A DNA stretch of 64,000 bases from Antedon mediterranea (lineage: Eukaryota > Animalia > Echinodermata), in assembly GCF_964355755.1 (NCBI RefSeq), contig NC_092671.1, forward strand, positions 3,286,001 through 3,350,000, written 5' to 3'. Of this stretch, positions 13,229 through 26,144 are shown one piece after another. The position numbers and the translations under genes were made by a program. The notes beneath the pieces were generated by a model. The model was given only the letters and a program-made list of their open reading frames with translations, had not been told where the DNA came from and did not search any database. The first letter of the stretch is position 1, and every line of letters starts with the position of its first letter.

Positions 13229-13413
13229 GGAAATTCCCAGAGATATCATTGTATCAAAGCTTACCTGACCACGCACCATGGGAAATGATTTACAGAAATT
13301 ATGATAACCTATAACCTAGTATATTTTACAAACTGGTTAATTGTTGACATTAGACACTTCTGTGTAGGTAAAGGTTTAACAAACACGTGACTCTTGTGAT
13401 TTGGGAAATTCCC
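13229..13413. promoter_or_regulatory. Two consensus NF-kB sites upstream of kinase copy A
   Basis: GGAAATTCCC at 13229-13238 (GGGAATTTCC on minus) and GGGAAATTCCC at 13403-13413, about 300 and 480 bp upstream of the ATG at 12927. Confidence 0.55.
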
Positions 13414-14571
13414 AGAGATTTATTTATATATCATACTCATCAGCCGGCTACCGAGTACATAGTCCTATAATTATACCAATAATATATTGATAATATGTAT
13501 CGTATGTATGATTATTATGCATATCATTGGTAAATATTTAAACATAACCGGCCTGACGGTTTGACGATAACAAATTGAATCCTATTCTGTGTTGTTTTAC
13601 GGCAATCTTCTTTCGTGTTCCGGGACACATCACACTTGTGTCATTATTATATTATGTGCTGGTTGTTGGGAGTACGGCGCGTTAGTGTTGTGTGCAGGTT
13701 TTTTTTAGTATGATTATTATTAAATATTCAATTCAATTCAATAGCGATTTATTCACGCGAATCCAAAGCGTTCGTTTTAAATGCCCCTTGACATCAACAC
13801 GCGTGTCTCCGGAGTTTTGTATGCGATGTGATAGCAATATTGTATTCATATTTTCATTGTCATCTAACGCAAAAGCAATGCAATCAATCAGAACTCATAA
13901 GAATAAACATTTTTAATTATGAAATAATATACATTAATTTGTTGAAAGATTGATTATACATTTATAATAAAATTAATTAAAGTAAATTATATAAGACAAT
14001 AATTATTGCAATTTTTATCTTTGATAAAGATACAACATATTACTATTGTATATGTAGGCCTAATTCCCTTTTGTTAATATCAGTATATCATTAGGTTCAA
14101 GTTCACCGAGTGTCCCCTTAATATATACTTGTCTCTTGAATAAGTGTGTGTACCAGTCTAAGGGGTTCTATCGTAGTTATAATTAAAATAATATAATAGT
14201 ATAGATGTACATTTGGCCCACTAACCTGGCGTAAAAAAACTACCGTATACTACATACGCTTGTATTCAACTTAATTGTAAGTGGTGAACCATGAGTTCAC
14301 TGTTGGTTGGGAAATGAAATAAAAAAAATAAAAAAATAAATAAATAAATTATAATTGCTTAATTGCTTACATCTGTTTATATTATTAATTTAAAAATAAT
14401 GCCTGTACTCTTGGCCCAGTAACGTAAAAAGCTCAATTCATATAATTAATGTTTAAAATATCACTTATTGTATTGAAAACAGTAATTAATTTCTGCAAAA
14501 ACAAATAAACTATTTAAAGTTTGTTTATATAGACTTCAATCGTAATAAAAAAAAAATATAGTCTTATGGTT

Positions 14572-16069
14572 TTAATCATCTTCTTCATCAGACAGTTTCT
14601 CTTGAATTTGGTTCACAACAATTTGGCATCGTTCATTGCGGTCCAGGACGGTTATTGGGACGTAGTTAATTTGCAGATGGTCAAGAAGTTGAGTTAATAT
14701 TTCTGTAAATCGTGTTAGTTCGTTCCAAACAGGCGTAATTCTCACACCGTCTTTTTTCATACATTCTTTGTGAGGATGCACGACGAATATTAAGGAGTTT
14801 TTAAACCTAAAAAGAAAAAAAAAATCATTTAAAGAGAGAACAAATATTATTAATATTAGGTAAAATTCCAATGGTCCTCTTGTATAACCTGGCTGGGGCC
14901 GGGCTTAGTTCCGAGTAAAACACATTGTAGCCTAATCTGGACGTAAATGCAACGCAAGTCACGAATTGAACAAACCATAAGTCGATGGATAATCTGAACT
15001 GTCGCTTGTGATTGGTCAACTGACTGACTTCCTAGTGGGAACCATGTTTTATGTCGATTGATGCACGTTCACACGATTACACAGATATCTACGCGGTTGA
15101 ATGTAATCATTTGCGTTCACACGTACCTTTGTATACATTCTTTAGTAACTGGTAGTGACAGCAGGGAGTCTTTCGCCTTGTCACCAAGGTACAATGCAGC
15201 GTACACTACAGGATCAATTCCTCTGTCTGCGATATAGCCCTCTAAATCTTCATTCAATGCGTTTTTACGGTCGACCTCACATTGAGATTCCAATATCAAT
15301 CGCTAAAAAAAAATACCGTAAGTCACTATTATGAAAAATAATGGAAAAAAACTTCACTATACTAACGGTTATTAATGACCGATTCAGAATTGGGGAATGT
15401 CGAGTTTTCGGGTTGGAGGAGGGTGAATTGAAATTGTAGCCTACAGTGTTAGCTTACGCTCAGCTGCAGATAAAACTTAACGAGACCATTTCCATTAGTC
15501 CCAATCATATCTACTCGTTTTACAATAAACGATTAATATCCGCTAATTCCTCTATGGATAAGTTGAGATCTATTAAGCATTCATATGACGTTTTAATAGA
15601 GTTAATGTAACGAAATAAGAAGTTCCTGGTAGACAGGAAATATACATAGTTCAATATGTTTGGAGTTATGAAATAGGCTGTTATTAATATTATTTAAAGA
15701 TGCACTAAAAATGTGCATGTCGAATTAACACGACTCTAGTAGAGTCGTTGCTAAAATGAAATATCAAACGTTAGCCGTTTGACATACTTTTATATCCTTC
15801 TACGTAGGCCTATACTAATTATGCTGTAGTTAGAATAAAACATTAGTATTAGTATTATTTGTTACCTGGAGTTGTTCAAACTTTTCGGGTTGGTTGCGGT
15901 AGTCAATTGCGGTGCGTCTATCTTCTGGACTCATCCCATCCAGTACCTGTCTAGCAATTTCAGATTCCTTTTTGATATCCGGTAATTCTTTGCACACGTC
16001 ACCAAGAAGCGTTGTTTTCCCGGTACTGTGCGCACCACACAAATACACTCGAACTAATCTTCTTTCCAT
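14572..16069 (-). CDS. NadR/AAA_28-like P-loop kinase-fold protein, copy B (3 exons, ~204 aa)
   Basis: Exons 16069-15866, 15302-15127, 14806-14572 (615 nt). Same intron positions and phases as copy A. Motifs GAHSTGKTT, EIARQ, IADRGIDP, DGVR. Confidence 0.85.
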
Positions 16070-16249
16070 TTGGATCGTCACTGTCTCTCGGTTTGTGTCT
16101 GTGTGTACGAAACGAATATTTATTGTTATATATGCCACAGAGCCAACAGTGAGTTCTAATGTGACTGGACCGATTACAGTTTCGCTACAGAATGCATGGG
16201 GAGATCAGTTTAGTCATCTTGATAGAATTTATGGCGATGACGCTTGTTT

Positions 16250-16259
16250 GGGAAATTCC
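16250..16259. promoter_or_regulatory. Consensus NF-kB site upstream of kinase copy B
   Basis: GGGAAATTCC about 180 bp upstream of the ATG at 16069. An IRF-like GAAAGTTGAAA lies near 16337. Confidence 0.5.
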
Positions 16260-17004
16260 AAGCGTCTTCTGTTCTGCTAGAACGTTCGTTGAGAGTTTGG
16301 CCACGTATAACCATTGATTGACTGACCTTATCAATTGAAAGTTGAAACCATTCATACAAGTACAGATTTATTTACGAAGGATATGGCCTTCACTCAAAGC
16401 TCAGTGAAACCTCACCCATTTTTAGATTACAGTACAACAAGAGTAGACCCTACTATACTAAAGTAAGCTACCTACTGAAACTACCCGTGGAGGTATTATA
16501 ATACAAACTAACCAACCAACCGACTGATCGATTGGTATTCGACCAACCGACAAACTGACCGATCGAGTTGTCATGTTATGAAATCGATTTATAAACAACA
16601 TTTTTTCTTCTTTCGATCACAACCAATTGGTTTGTTACTTAATATGTGATTGAAAACCGGTAAAAGAATTTTTTTAAAGTAATATTTTGATATACAGTAG
16701 GCCTATCATTATTTAATTCATTTTGATAAAAATATATCAATTGTGTTTGCTGTCACTTTATGTTTATGAAAGCGATCACTGAAGCGAAACGTAACGCGGT
16801 GATTGGTTGATGACCTGGGAAATCTCTATAGGGACGATGTACACAATTCATATACATGGCCGACGATAATTGAAATGTTTTCATTTTGCGGTGTGAAAAA
16901 TAACCTAATAAAACAAGATCGGTAAATTATTTGTGGAAAAACAAATAAGCTATTTAAAGTTTGGGATCTAAGTTTGTTTATATAGACTTCAATCGTAATA
17001 AAAA

Positions 17005-20000
17005 ATGGCAGAAGAAAGTGTAAAAGTGGCCGTGAGAGTTAGGCCTTTCATATCCTTTTTGTTTGTTTTGGGCAATAGGACGGACGGCGGACACACGTTA
17101 ACTTATTGATTCAAAAGGGAGAGACAGAAAGGCCTACTAAAAAGTAGGCCTAGCCTAGCTAGGTCCAAATAGTCTAAGCTTAGGTCTAGTTAGATAGCCT
17201 CTATGAGATAATATACTTTAGGCTTATTTAAAGAATATTAGACCATGATGATATTAAATAAATGAAATGAATGGCAACAGTAACACAGATAATGAATGAA
17301 TCAAGACTCATGTCATAATTGATTATAATGTAGGCCTAAAATAAATAGATGGCTAGCCTAGAAAGGCCTATAACTTTAATACATTATAAAATAGTATTAG
17401 CTAGGCCTATTAGCTAGGCCTACAGATTTCTAGGTATTGAAGTCCACTTTTAATATTTTTCCTCATGGTGTTATATTTGTATGATGCTAAGGCCAAGTCG
17501 GCCTAGGCCTAGTTAAAAAGGCTATATAGTGCAGTATTTTTTTGATCTTGTTAAATCCTTAATAATTCACACAATTCTCGAGAAAAAGCCAGAAGTGCGC
17601 AGCTGATCATTGGTATGCAAGGGGCGACCACTACGATAAAAAATCCAGCTGCGCCGAATGAAGATCCCAGGAAATTTAACTTCGACCACAGTTATTGGTC
17701 ACATGACGGGTTTGAGGAAGATGCTGATGGTTACTTGAAACCTGTTTCACCACGATATGCAGATCAGGTAAAAGCACAATTCTTAAAATACAAGTCTCCC
17801 TCCAATTAAAGACCGCTGTACTGCAGCCCTGGATGATTGCTCATCTTTTACCATTTTCTGATTAATATACACATACTGTACATTACATTCTAATTTCATT
17901 CTGGTTTTTTTAGAAACTAGTGTTTAATGATCTTGGTAATGGAGTGTTGAAGAATGCATGGGAAGGCTATAACTGTTCCTTGTTTGCTTATGGACAGACA
18001 GGCTCTGGGAAGTCTTACTCCGTTGTTGGTTATGGTGCAAACAAAGGTAGTGTGTCTAAAGTTCTGCCTTGACGCAAAAGACATTGTTGGTATTTTTTAT
18101 CTACATTCGTTGGCTTAGATCATGACACATAATAGGATAAAACATCCTATTCATTTGTGTACATTTTTTTCTCTTCTTTATTTTCAGATACACATATTTC
18201 TCTGTTTAGGGATAACATGCCAATGTGTTTAACAATAACACTATAAAAAAAAAACCATACAAAAAATGATTGAGCAAAAACATGTTATGCTATTCTCAAT
18301 GTCACTTTCATCATTCAGAAGTTATGAAACTAAAAATTAATAAATTCAAATAATAAATACTTTAATCAAAAAGAGAATTACATAATTATTTATTGTTTTT
18401 ATTTACACTTCCAGGAATTGTTCCGATGTTCTGCAATCAGATTTTTGTCGGTATCAATGAGAAGAAGTCGGAAGGTGTGAAAACAGAATACGAGGTCAGC
18501 TTTAGTATGCTCGAGATCTACAATGAGCAGGTCCGAGATCTTTTGTCGCCGTCCAGCAATAAGAAGGGAGGCCTTCGGGTCAGGGAGCATCCAAAAAAGG
18601 GCTTTTACGGTTAGAGATATTATCAGTAGTTAGAATATTCTAACCTAAAATAGGAATTGTCATTTTTTTTTAAATAAGTGTTTTAATACAGTGAGTGCTG
18701 AGCACAGAATAGCTGTCTGGCTCTTTCAATCAATCAATCAATCAATCAAAATAATATTTATTTCCTTAATTCATAAACAAACATAATTTCTTACAATATA
18801 CAAACATGCATGAAGGAGGCACAGATTTCAAGAAGCAAACTTTGTGCTGGAAGTACGTGCCAACAGAAAATAATACTAAAAAAATGCAATTTAATAACAA
18901 TTCAGTACATGAATAAAAGTAACACAAAACTACAGATAACCTTCAAAATAAGAAATACCATATAATTTTATGACCAAGTATAGTCCCAGGGGCCTGATTA
19001 TGAAATTTTGCAAATACTTGAATTGCATTACCAATGGATTTACCAAATTCTTGTTAACCCTAAATTAAGGAGTGGGATTACAATCATTATATACAATGCT
19101 GGAATGTATTCTTTATCATAGTTTAAATGTGTTATGGTATGAATAATCATATATTTGCATTACATAGCTGAGGGGTTGCGTACTGTCCCAGTCAATAGCT
19201 ACAATGACATTGAAAACCGAATGGAAGAAGGAACGCGTAACAGAACCGTGGCAGCAACACAGATGAACGCCACAAGTAGTCGTGCTCATACTATTGTAGG
19301 TGTTACGTTTACCCAGAAGTCTTTCAATGACGCCGGGCAAGAAATGGCTAAGGTGTCCATCATTAATCTGGTCGATTTGGCAGGAAGGTACAGTAACGAC
19401 CTCCATTTATCATTGAATAGCTTAAGGGTCTACAGGTCATAGGAAATACACCTCTTTTCTATACCCTATAGTACACTCACACCAACTGCAACCAATTTAA
19501 GACTGCACTCTTTTGCCGTATTGAAGCTTGGTTCCCACTAGGAACCAATGCAAGGACAGAAGGCGCAATGCAAGCAAATTGACCAATCACGATCGATGGA
19601 TTATTCGAACTGTCGCTTGTAATTGGCCAATTCGCTCTTAGTGGGAACTAAGCTTAAGAAGGGACACTCACACTCGGAATATTGTAGGCATTTGTTCTTC
19701 TAAGTTAGAAGAGATTTTGGAATTTTGATAATTGCAAATGTCAATCCATATGTTTGACTAAATATTTGTTATTCTAGATTTTTGTACTAGTAAAACCTTA
19801 TTTGCAATACACATATAATTCATGTTTCCCAACAGTGAGAGGGCTGATTCAACTGGCGCTACCGGAGATCGACTGAAAGAGGGAGCTGCAATTAACCAAT
19901 CCCTTTCGGCTCTTGGTAACGTTATCGCAGCACTTGCAGATGCTAGTTCAGGGAAGAGAGTCAAGGGTAAGTTCATAATCTCTGAACAATTATCAAAACA

Positions 20001-23000
20001 GTTTATAGAGATAATATTACAATATTTGTTTTTAAATAATTTATTCTAAAAGTAAAATGTTTTTAATGTAGTTCCGTACAGAGACTCAGTGTTAACTAGA
20101 CTGTTGAAGAACGCCCTCGGTGGAAACAGCAAGACTATAATGATCGCAGCTCTCAGTCCTGCAGATATTAACTATGATGAGACACTTTCAACATTAAGAT
20201 ATGGTAAACTGTCTTTATTTTTCTAAACTATGTAGTCAATATATATTAAAGCTATTTTTAGCTATCTTTCTAAAATTGAACTAATGTCACAATACCCAGA
20301 TATAACATTTCATATATTTACGTATTTGTATCACCAAAATGTTTGTTTTTTTTGTAGCTGATCGTGCGAAACAAATCAAAACAAAGGCGGTCGTAAACGA
20401 GGATCCAACTGAAAAATTGATTCGTGAATTGAAGGAGGAAAATGAGAAACTGCGAGCTGCGTTGAAAACAGGTGGTGTGATCTCGATGACGGCAGATGAT
20501 GATGACGATGACAAGAAGGGAGGAGGTACTGTATGTTTAGATGATTTAGTAATTAAAACGAGATCAAAGTATCATTCATACTGTAAAAGTGATAAAGAAA
20601 ACCTAGGCCCACAGAACTGACTAGTAATTCTGGACCCTCTTTCCTGTGAGAGAGTGGAATGAATTAGAGAAGTTTTTTCGTTTTAATTTAACACTATTTT
20701 GAAAACATTATTTTGTTGTCAGATGTTGACGCTATCAGAAAACAACTGGAGGAAGAGATGAAAGCAGTGTTAGAAGCCAATGAACGAGAAATGGAACAGA
20801 TGAAACAGACCTGGCAGGAGAAATTAGACAGCTCAGCTGTAAGTTACATAAATCTGCTCCACATAATCCATAAAAATACAGTAGATCCTCAACCTTCTGC
20901 TGATTCTGGTAATGCCAACAAACAAAATTTACAACTTGTTTCAATTCTCAGGGAGGTGATGATGGTGAACAAGCTAAAAAAGAGGAACGCAAGACCACAC
21001 CACATATTTCCAATTTGAACATAGATAATCAGCTGTCTGGTATGATAGTGCATATAATAAGGGAAGGAACGCTGAAGGTTGGAAGTAGCAAGGCTAGCCC
21101 ACCAGCAGACATTGTCTTATCAGGCTTAGGGTAGGTAGAATTAACAACCTGAAATTCATAATCAATTTTAATCCTACCACAATTATCATCCAAAGCATCA
21201 TCAGTGTTTCAATATAACATTGTCATCATTGTTATTATTTCTGACTTTTCTAACATGACAGCGTAAAGTCTGGTTTTCATAAGATTCTAGGAAGTTTGGT
21301 TTAACAACATGCGAGAATCTCGCCAATTACAGAATGGATAAATTATTTAATAATTGGTCGTGCTTATAAACTAAGTCTCATTTGAAGCTTAGGGAGTGGA
21401 GTTCAAAGAGGAGTGAGTTACAACCCTGACACTAGGTCAGGATTGAATCCAGGACCTTGGTATTGGAAGGCAAGCATGTTAACCCCCAAGCTAAAGCTCC
21501 ACTACCATTATTATATTAATTTGATTGTACTATTCTTAATAGTGACATATTTTTACATAATTTGAATCAATTAATTTATTTTCTATTTTAGCATACAACC
21601 AGATCATGCGTTGTTCTCAGTTGAAAAAGGAAGCATCTTCCTTGAGAAAGTTGCAGACGGCAAAGTGCTGTTAAATGGGGAACCACTCACTTCAAAACAA
21701 CAGCTGGATCACAATGACAGGTAATCAATCAATCAATCAATTAATTATTTAATTGATAATTTGATTGATAAATTGTTCAATCAATAATTTAATTGATCAA
21801 TCAATAGATAACCAATAAACGATTAAATCAATCAATCAATACTGGATAACCAATAAATCATTCAATGATCAATCAACAGATAACCAATAAATCAATCAAT
21901 GATCAATCAACAGATAACCAATAAATCAATCAATCAGTAGGTATATCAGTCAATGAATAAATGATCAATCAATTAATTTATCAATCAATTCATGGATTGA
22001 TCAAAATAGGGTTTATCAATCCTGGAATTGGTATGTTGCTTGCTGTTGTATGTGTATAATTAAAAATAAAGAAAATAAAAATGGATTAATCGATACATTT
22101 ATCAATCAATTAATAAATTGATAAAAAATTTATCAATCAATAACATGTCAAAGGGTAAATAAAAATAAATATTTGTTTTTTTAGGATCATGTTTGGTTCA
22201 AATCATCTGTATGTATTCCAACACCCAGCGTTAAAGAATGCAAATCCTGGTAATTACAAGGTACCAGTTACGTACGAAATGGCTCAACAAGAGATAGCAA
22301 AGAACAATGGGTTTGATATGTCATCTAAGCAGTCAGCAGGTAAGAATATAAAGGAGTGAAGTTGGAAAATAAACTCTACTGACTAATTAAAATAATAATG
22401 ATGTGCTCTCATCTCAGGATGATATTCCATCTGGAAAGCATCTTTGACTTATATAAGACATTTTATGATCCAGCTGATGGAGATATGATGTGGATGATTA
22501 TGAGAATAAGCCTTATGATCACATGTCATTCCTCAATTCCATTAACATTCATCATTCTTTCTTTTTCATATCTTCAGAGGAAATGCTGTTACAAGAAGAT
22601 CTTGTTGACTTGATACCTGCTGTGGAAGAGGCTAACACAATAAGTGAAGAGCTGGATAAGAAGGTTAAGTTTGAGATTGTTGTTATCTCACCTAAAGCTA
22701 GAGGGCTCACTCATGGCAGAACAGAGGTATGTTACTGTACAAGTTTTGTATTTATTGCTGTATGCTCTTTGTCGCAAGAAAATCTACAGTTGACGAAAGT
22801 ACCCCTGTCTATCATCCTTTCTTCCAACCCATTTGTGACTTCAAATTGGCGTTGCGAAGCTTTTAATATGCCTAGACCAAGACAGCAGAAAACAACAGGT
22901 TTAATTGCATTACTTTCCAATATTTTACTAGGTTTGTGTGAAAATGCGCAACTTGGAATCGGGGTATGAGTACATTTGGACGCGTGACAAATTCCAACGG

Positions 23001-26000
23001 CGCAAGTATCTGATGCAAGAGATGTACCAGAACTTTGTTGAGGGTGAAGAATGGAAGCTGCCAGATGTATGTCATTTTAAAATGTTTTTAGATTATTCGT
23101 ATCTGCATATCATGTGAAAATGAAGTCTATTTCATATTCTAACCACAGGACAAATATAATAATAATATTTTTGTTTTAATTGTAGGAGAAAGATCCATTT
23201 ACTGTAGCGCCAAACACAGAAGTGCAAATTGGACATGTGAACATATACCTACAGAGTTTGTCTTATCTGGTAAGAATAATGATAAATTGTTGGCTGATCA
23301 AAACTGTCTTGTTGAATCTCAATGGTCTGGAAGAGAAGTTCTGCCTTGGCCCACAAAATAATTAGTTTTTGTTCTTGATCACCCATTTGTTAATTATCAT
23401 TCAAGAAAAGTAGTGAGGGTGCTTTGTTAGCTTTGAAAAATAGTTGTCTAGATAGATTGAATCACAGCTACAGTAATTGTGGTTTTGGATTGAATCTCAA
23501 TCATTAAAGCTGACTGTTAATCTTATGACAGATTGAGTGTTTTGATTAAAATCAGTAAGATCAACTTTTGATACATTAATTGTCAACCATTAACTAATAA
23601 TAAGTTCAAAGTTCAAATAAGTTTAAATCTCAATCATTAAGACTTGGATAGTCTTAAAACTGTTATTTTTTATAGACTGAATCTCAAACATTCAGACTTA
23701 AGTGTAATTTTAATCTTGCACATAGATTAAATTTCAATCATTAAGACTTAGGTTAGTCTTAAATCTCATATTCTTGATAGATTGAACTAAAAGACAGTCT
23801 TGATGTTAGTGATGTAAAAGGCAAAGATGTTGGAATCATGGATGTGGAGATAATCCCATGCAACTCTAAAGGCAAGGAGCTGACAGAAGCAGACGACGTG
23901 TTTGTTGACGACCCCAAAGACCTTATTTCGGCCAGTGTTAACTTTGTTGTTAAAATACGATCCATCACAGGCCTACCAAACATGTATACGGTAAGTGTCT
24001 ATTAAGCTACCACAGAGGGTTATTCGATATCTTTATTCACAAAACACATCCATAACAAAATATTGAATAGGTGTATTTTTGTGCTGAGGTTAAAAAATAG
24101 TTCAAAAATGAAAAACACAGAGACTATAATGCACATAAAAAATGTATTTGTAGAAAAATTAAAAGCAAATCAGGCTATGTTTCAATGTTTGAAATATATT
24201 TCAAAGGCTATACTGTATTTTGTCATAAAGCATAAATTCTGAAGCTGAAAATGGTAAATTTTGGTATAAAAATTATAGTCCCACGATAGCCTCCTGCATA
24301 AATGTAAGTCAAGATTTGTGAACACAGTCATTTTTAAGCAAGCATGCTCATACTGTACTACAGCTAGTCAACAAAGAATGTTATCAGAGAAAACGTGTCT
24401 ATTTTTTCTGCAGGACGTGTACTGCAAATATGATATGTTTCTTGATGCTGAATCCACAAAGACGGAAGTAATCCCAAATACGAGTAACCCAGAGTTCAAA
24501 CACAGAAAGAACTTCTCTTTTAATCCTGCAACGTCTCAGGTAATAGTTAGCAAATATTGTCAGAGAAAAACTGAATAATCTTTGCAATTATTGAAATAAA
24601 TACTTAACTTGGCTAATAGAAATTCATAAGGATATTTTACTATCTAAGAGAACGAGTTCCCAAATATGGTAAAAAAAACCGTTTTTGAAGACTAATGCTG
24701 AAGTTAATTTTAATTTTCATTGACTGTAGCTTGTGGACTATCTGTCTAACGGAGTATTAGCTGTGCAAGTGTGGGGCAAATACAAATTCAAAGAAGCATC
24801 ACAACGGCAAAAGAACATGAACACTAAACAGATGGTGATGTCAGAAACATTGGCAAAGGGTCGCGACCTCAATACCAATGCTAACAAGGTAAGAAGAGAC
24901 TTAACACAGTGGTTCTGTGAAATCATCTTCATACTATAAGAGTGGTTTAGATATGGTCTCACAATCATCACTCCACCTATCTTCTTTCTATTAATAAATA
25001 TTGACACGTTGTCAACATAACAAGACTTAATTTAACTACTACTAAAAAATGTGATAAAACCGTAATTTAAATCTTGATATGTGATGTTTTTATTCCAGAC
25101 TAGTGATCCGGACAAAGTAGCTCTTCGTTTTCAACTGATAGCTTTGAAGAAACGACAGGAAAGGCTTGTTGTTAAACTGGTACGTAACAGTAGTCACTTA
25201 TGATGCCAAATGTGATGTATTCCTATCATACTGGAAAAATCTAAATATAGTACCGAAAATCAGTTGATGTCCAATGGCAGTTGGGCTAAATAACTTTTAC
25301 TTATTCTTCAACATGAATCATTCTTTGTTATACAAATTGTATTGTTTTAAATTAATTATTAAATATTGATTAATATTTTAGTCCCAGGTTCAACGATGCG
25401 TGCAGGTAGCAGAGGAGCATAAGAAGGTTAGAATCCCAACTGCTGTGGTGAAGCAAGTGCTGAACGATCAGAATCCTAAGAGAGTTGAGAGTGCTATCAA
25501 TAAGATCCCACAGGATGATGGTGCTGGAGTTCCTAGTAAGTACCGTCTTACATCATTGTTACTTAGTGTTATCATAGACCTGTATTCACTAATAGCGAGT
25601 GTCAAGAGTAGAGTATAGGACGAAAGTGTAGTTGAGTTTGAAGAAATTAAGTACCCCTAACGCTCTGTCTACACTATCAAACTTGCTTGACAAAAACGTT
25701 TGATGTGCCCAAATATGGTAGTGATATACCAAAATATAGTAGTGTTGTCACATAAAGTTTGATAGTGTAGACAGAGCTTAGGCAGTAGTTTAATTGGAAG
25801 CGAGATTGAATTGTAACTGGTATGGTGAAAGGCAGCAGCGTAACACAGTGGGAAAAGGCCCTTGGTTTAGCCCTTGTTGCATTGGACTGCTCATGCTTTG
25901 GTGCTCCTGGGTTTAACCAGTGAGCGCTCATAGCCATTTAAGTATTTAGTAAGAAAGTTAAATCTCTCTAAAGGAGAAGTTTTCTTATTTTGAGTTAAGT

Positions 26001-26144
26001 AAACGAATGTTCAGTTTTAGTTTATTTTCCGTCACTCTGACCCCCTAAAACCAATACTTCCTTATCGATCTGAGATGACTGAGTAAATCAATTTTCTTTT
26101 CAGGTACAGACGCTCCTCAGTCCTCCATGTGCACACTGATGTAG
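17005..26144 (+). CDS. KIF28: Kinesin-3 family KIF28/KLP-6-like motor (motor domain, coiled coil, FHA, C-terminal region ending in CAAX), 21 exons, ~978 aa
   Basis: Exons 17005-17049, 17573-17767, 17914-18046, 18415-18609, 19168-19387, 19836-19966, 20072-20203, 20358-20525, 20723-20838, 20952-21130, 21592-21720, 22185-22339, 22578-22726, 22932-23066, 23186-23269, 23781-23990, 24414-24539, 24730-24888, 25099-25179, 25382-25535, 26104-26144 (2937 nt). Motifs [41 protein letters not shown]; FHA-like segment PHISNLN..HNDRIMFG. Confidence 0.9.
17050..17572 (+). other. U12-type (minor spliceosome) AT-AC intron
   Basis: 5' end ATATCCTTTT; branch site TCCTTAAT at 17556-17563; 3' end ..TTCACAC. Removal joins VRVRPF|NSREK in frame. 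Confidence 0.9.
19525..19656. mobile_element. MITE family 2 (TIR AGCTTGGTTCCCACTAG)
   Basis: AGCTTGGTTCCCACTAG..CTTAGTGGGAACTAAGCT with an internal TGACCAATCA/TGATTGGTCA inverted repeat. Related copies at about 5557-5650, 10995-11130, 12545-12660 and 14945-15045. Confidence 0.75.
21432..21500 (-). mobile_element. tRNA-derived SINE head fragment
   Basis: Minus strand GGAGCTTTAGCTTGGGGGTTAACATGCTTGCCTTCCAATACCAAGGTCCTGGATTCAATCCTGACC has A-box-like and B-box-like motifs. Similar degenerate heads at ~33795-33875 (+), ~56575-56648 (+) and ~4070-4143 (-). Confidence 0.45.
21723..22141. repeat. (AATC)n-rich low-complexity tract
   Basis: Degenerate AATC/GATT runs in a KIF28 intron. Confidence 0.8.

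Noticed and set aside
15912-16280. 122-aa plus-strand ORF
   Set aside because: Antisense to exon 1 of kinase copy B.
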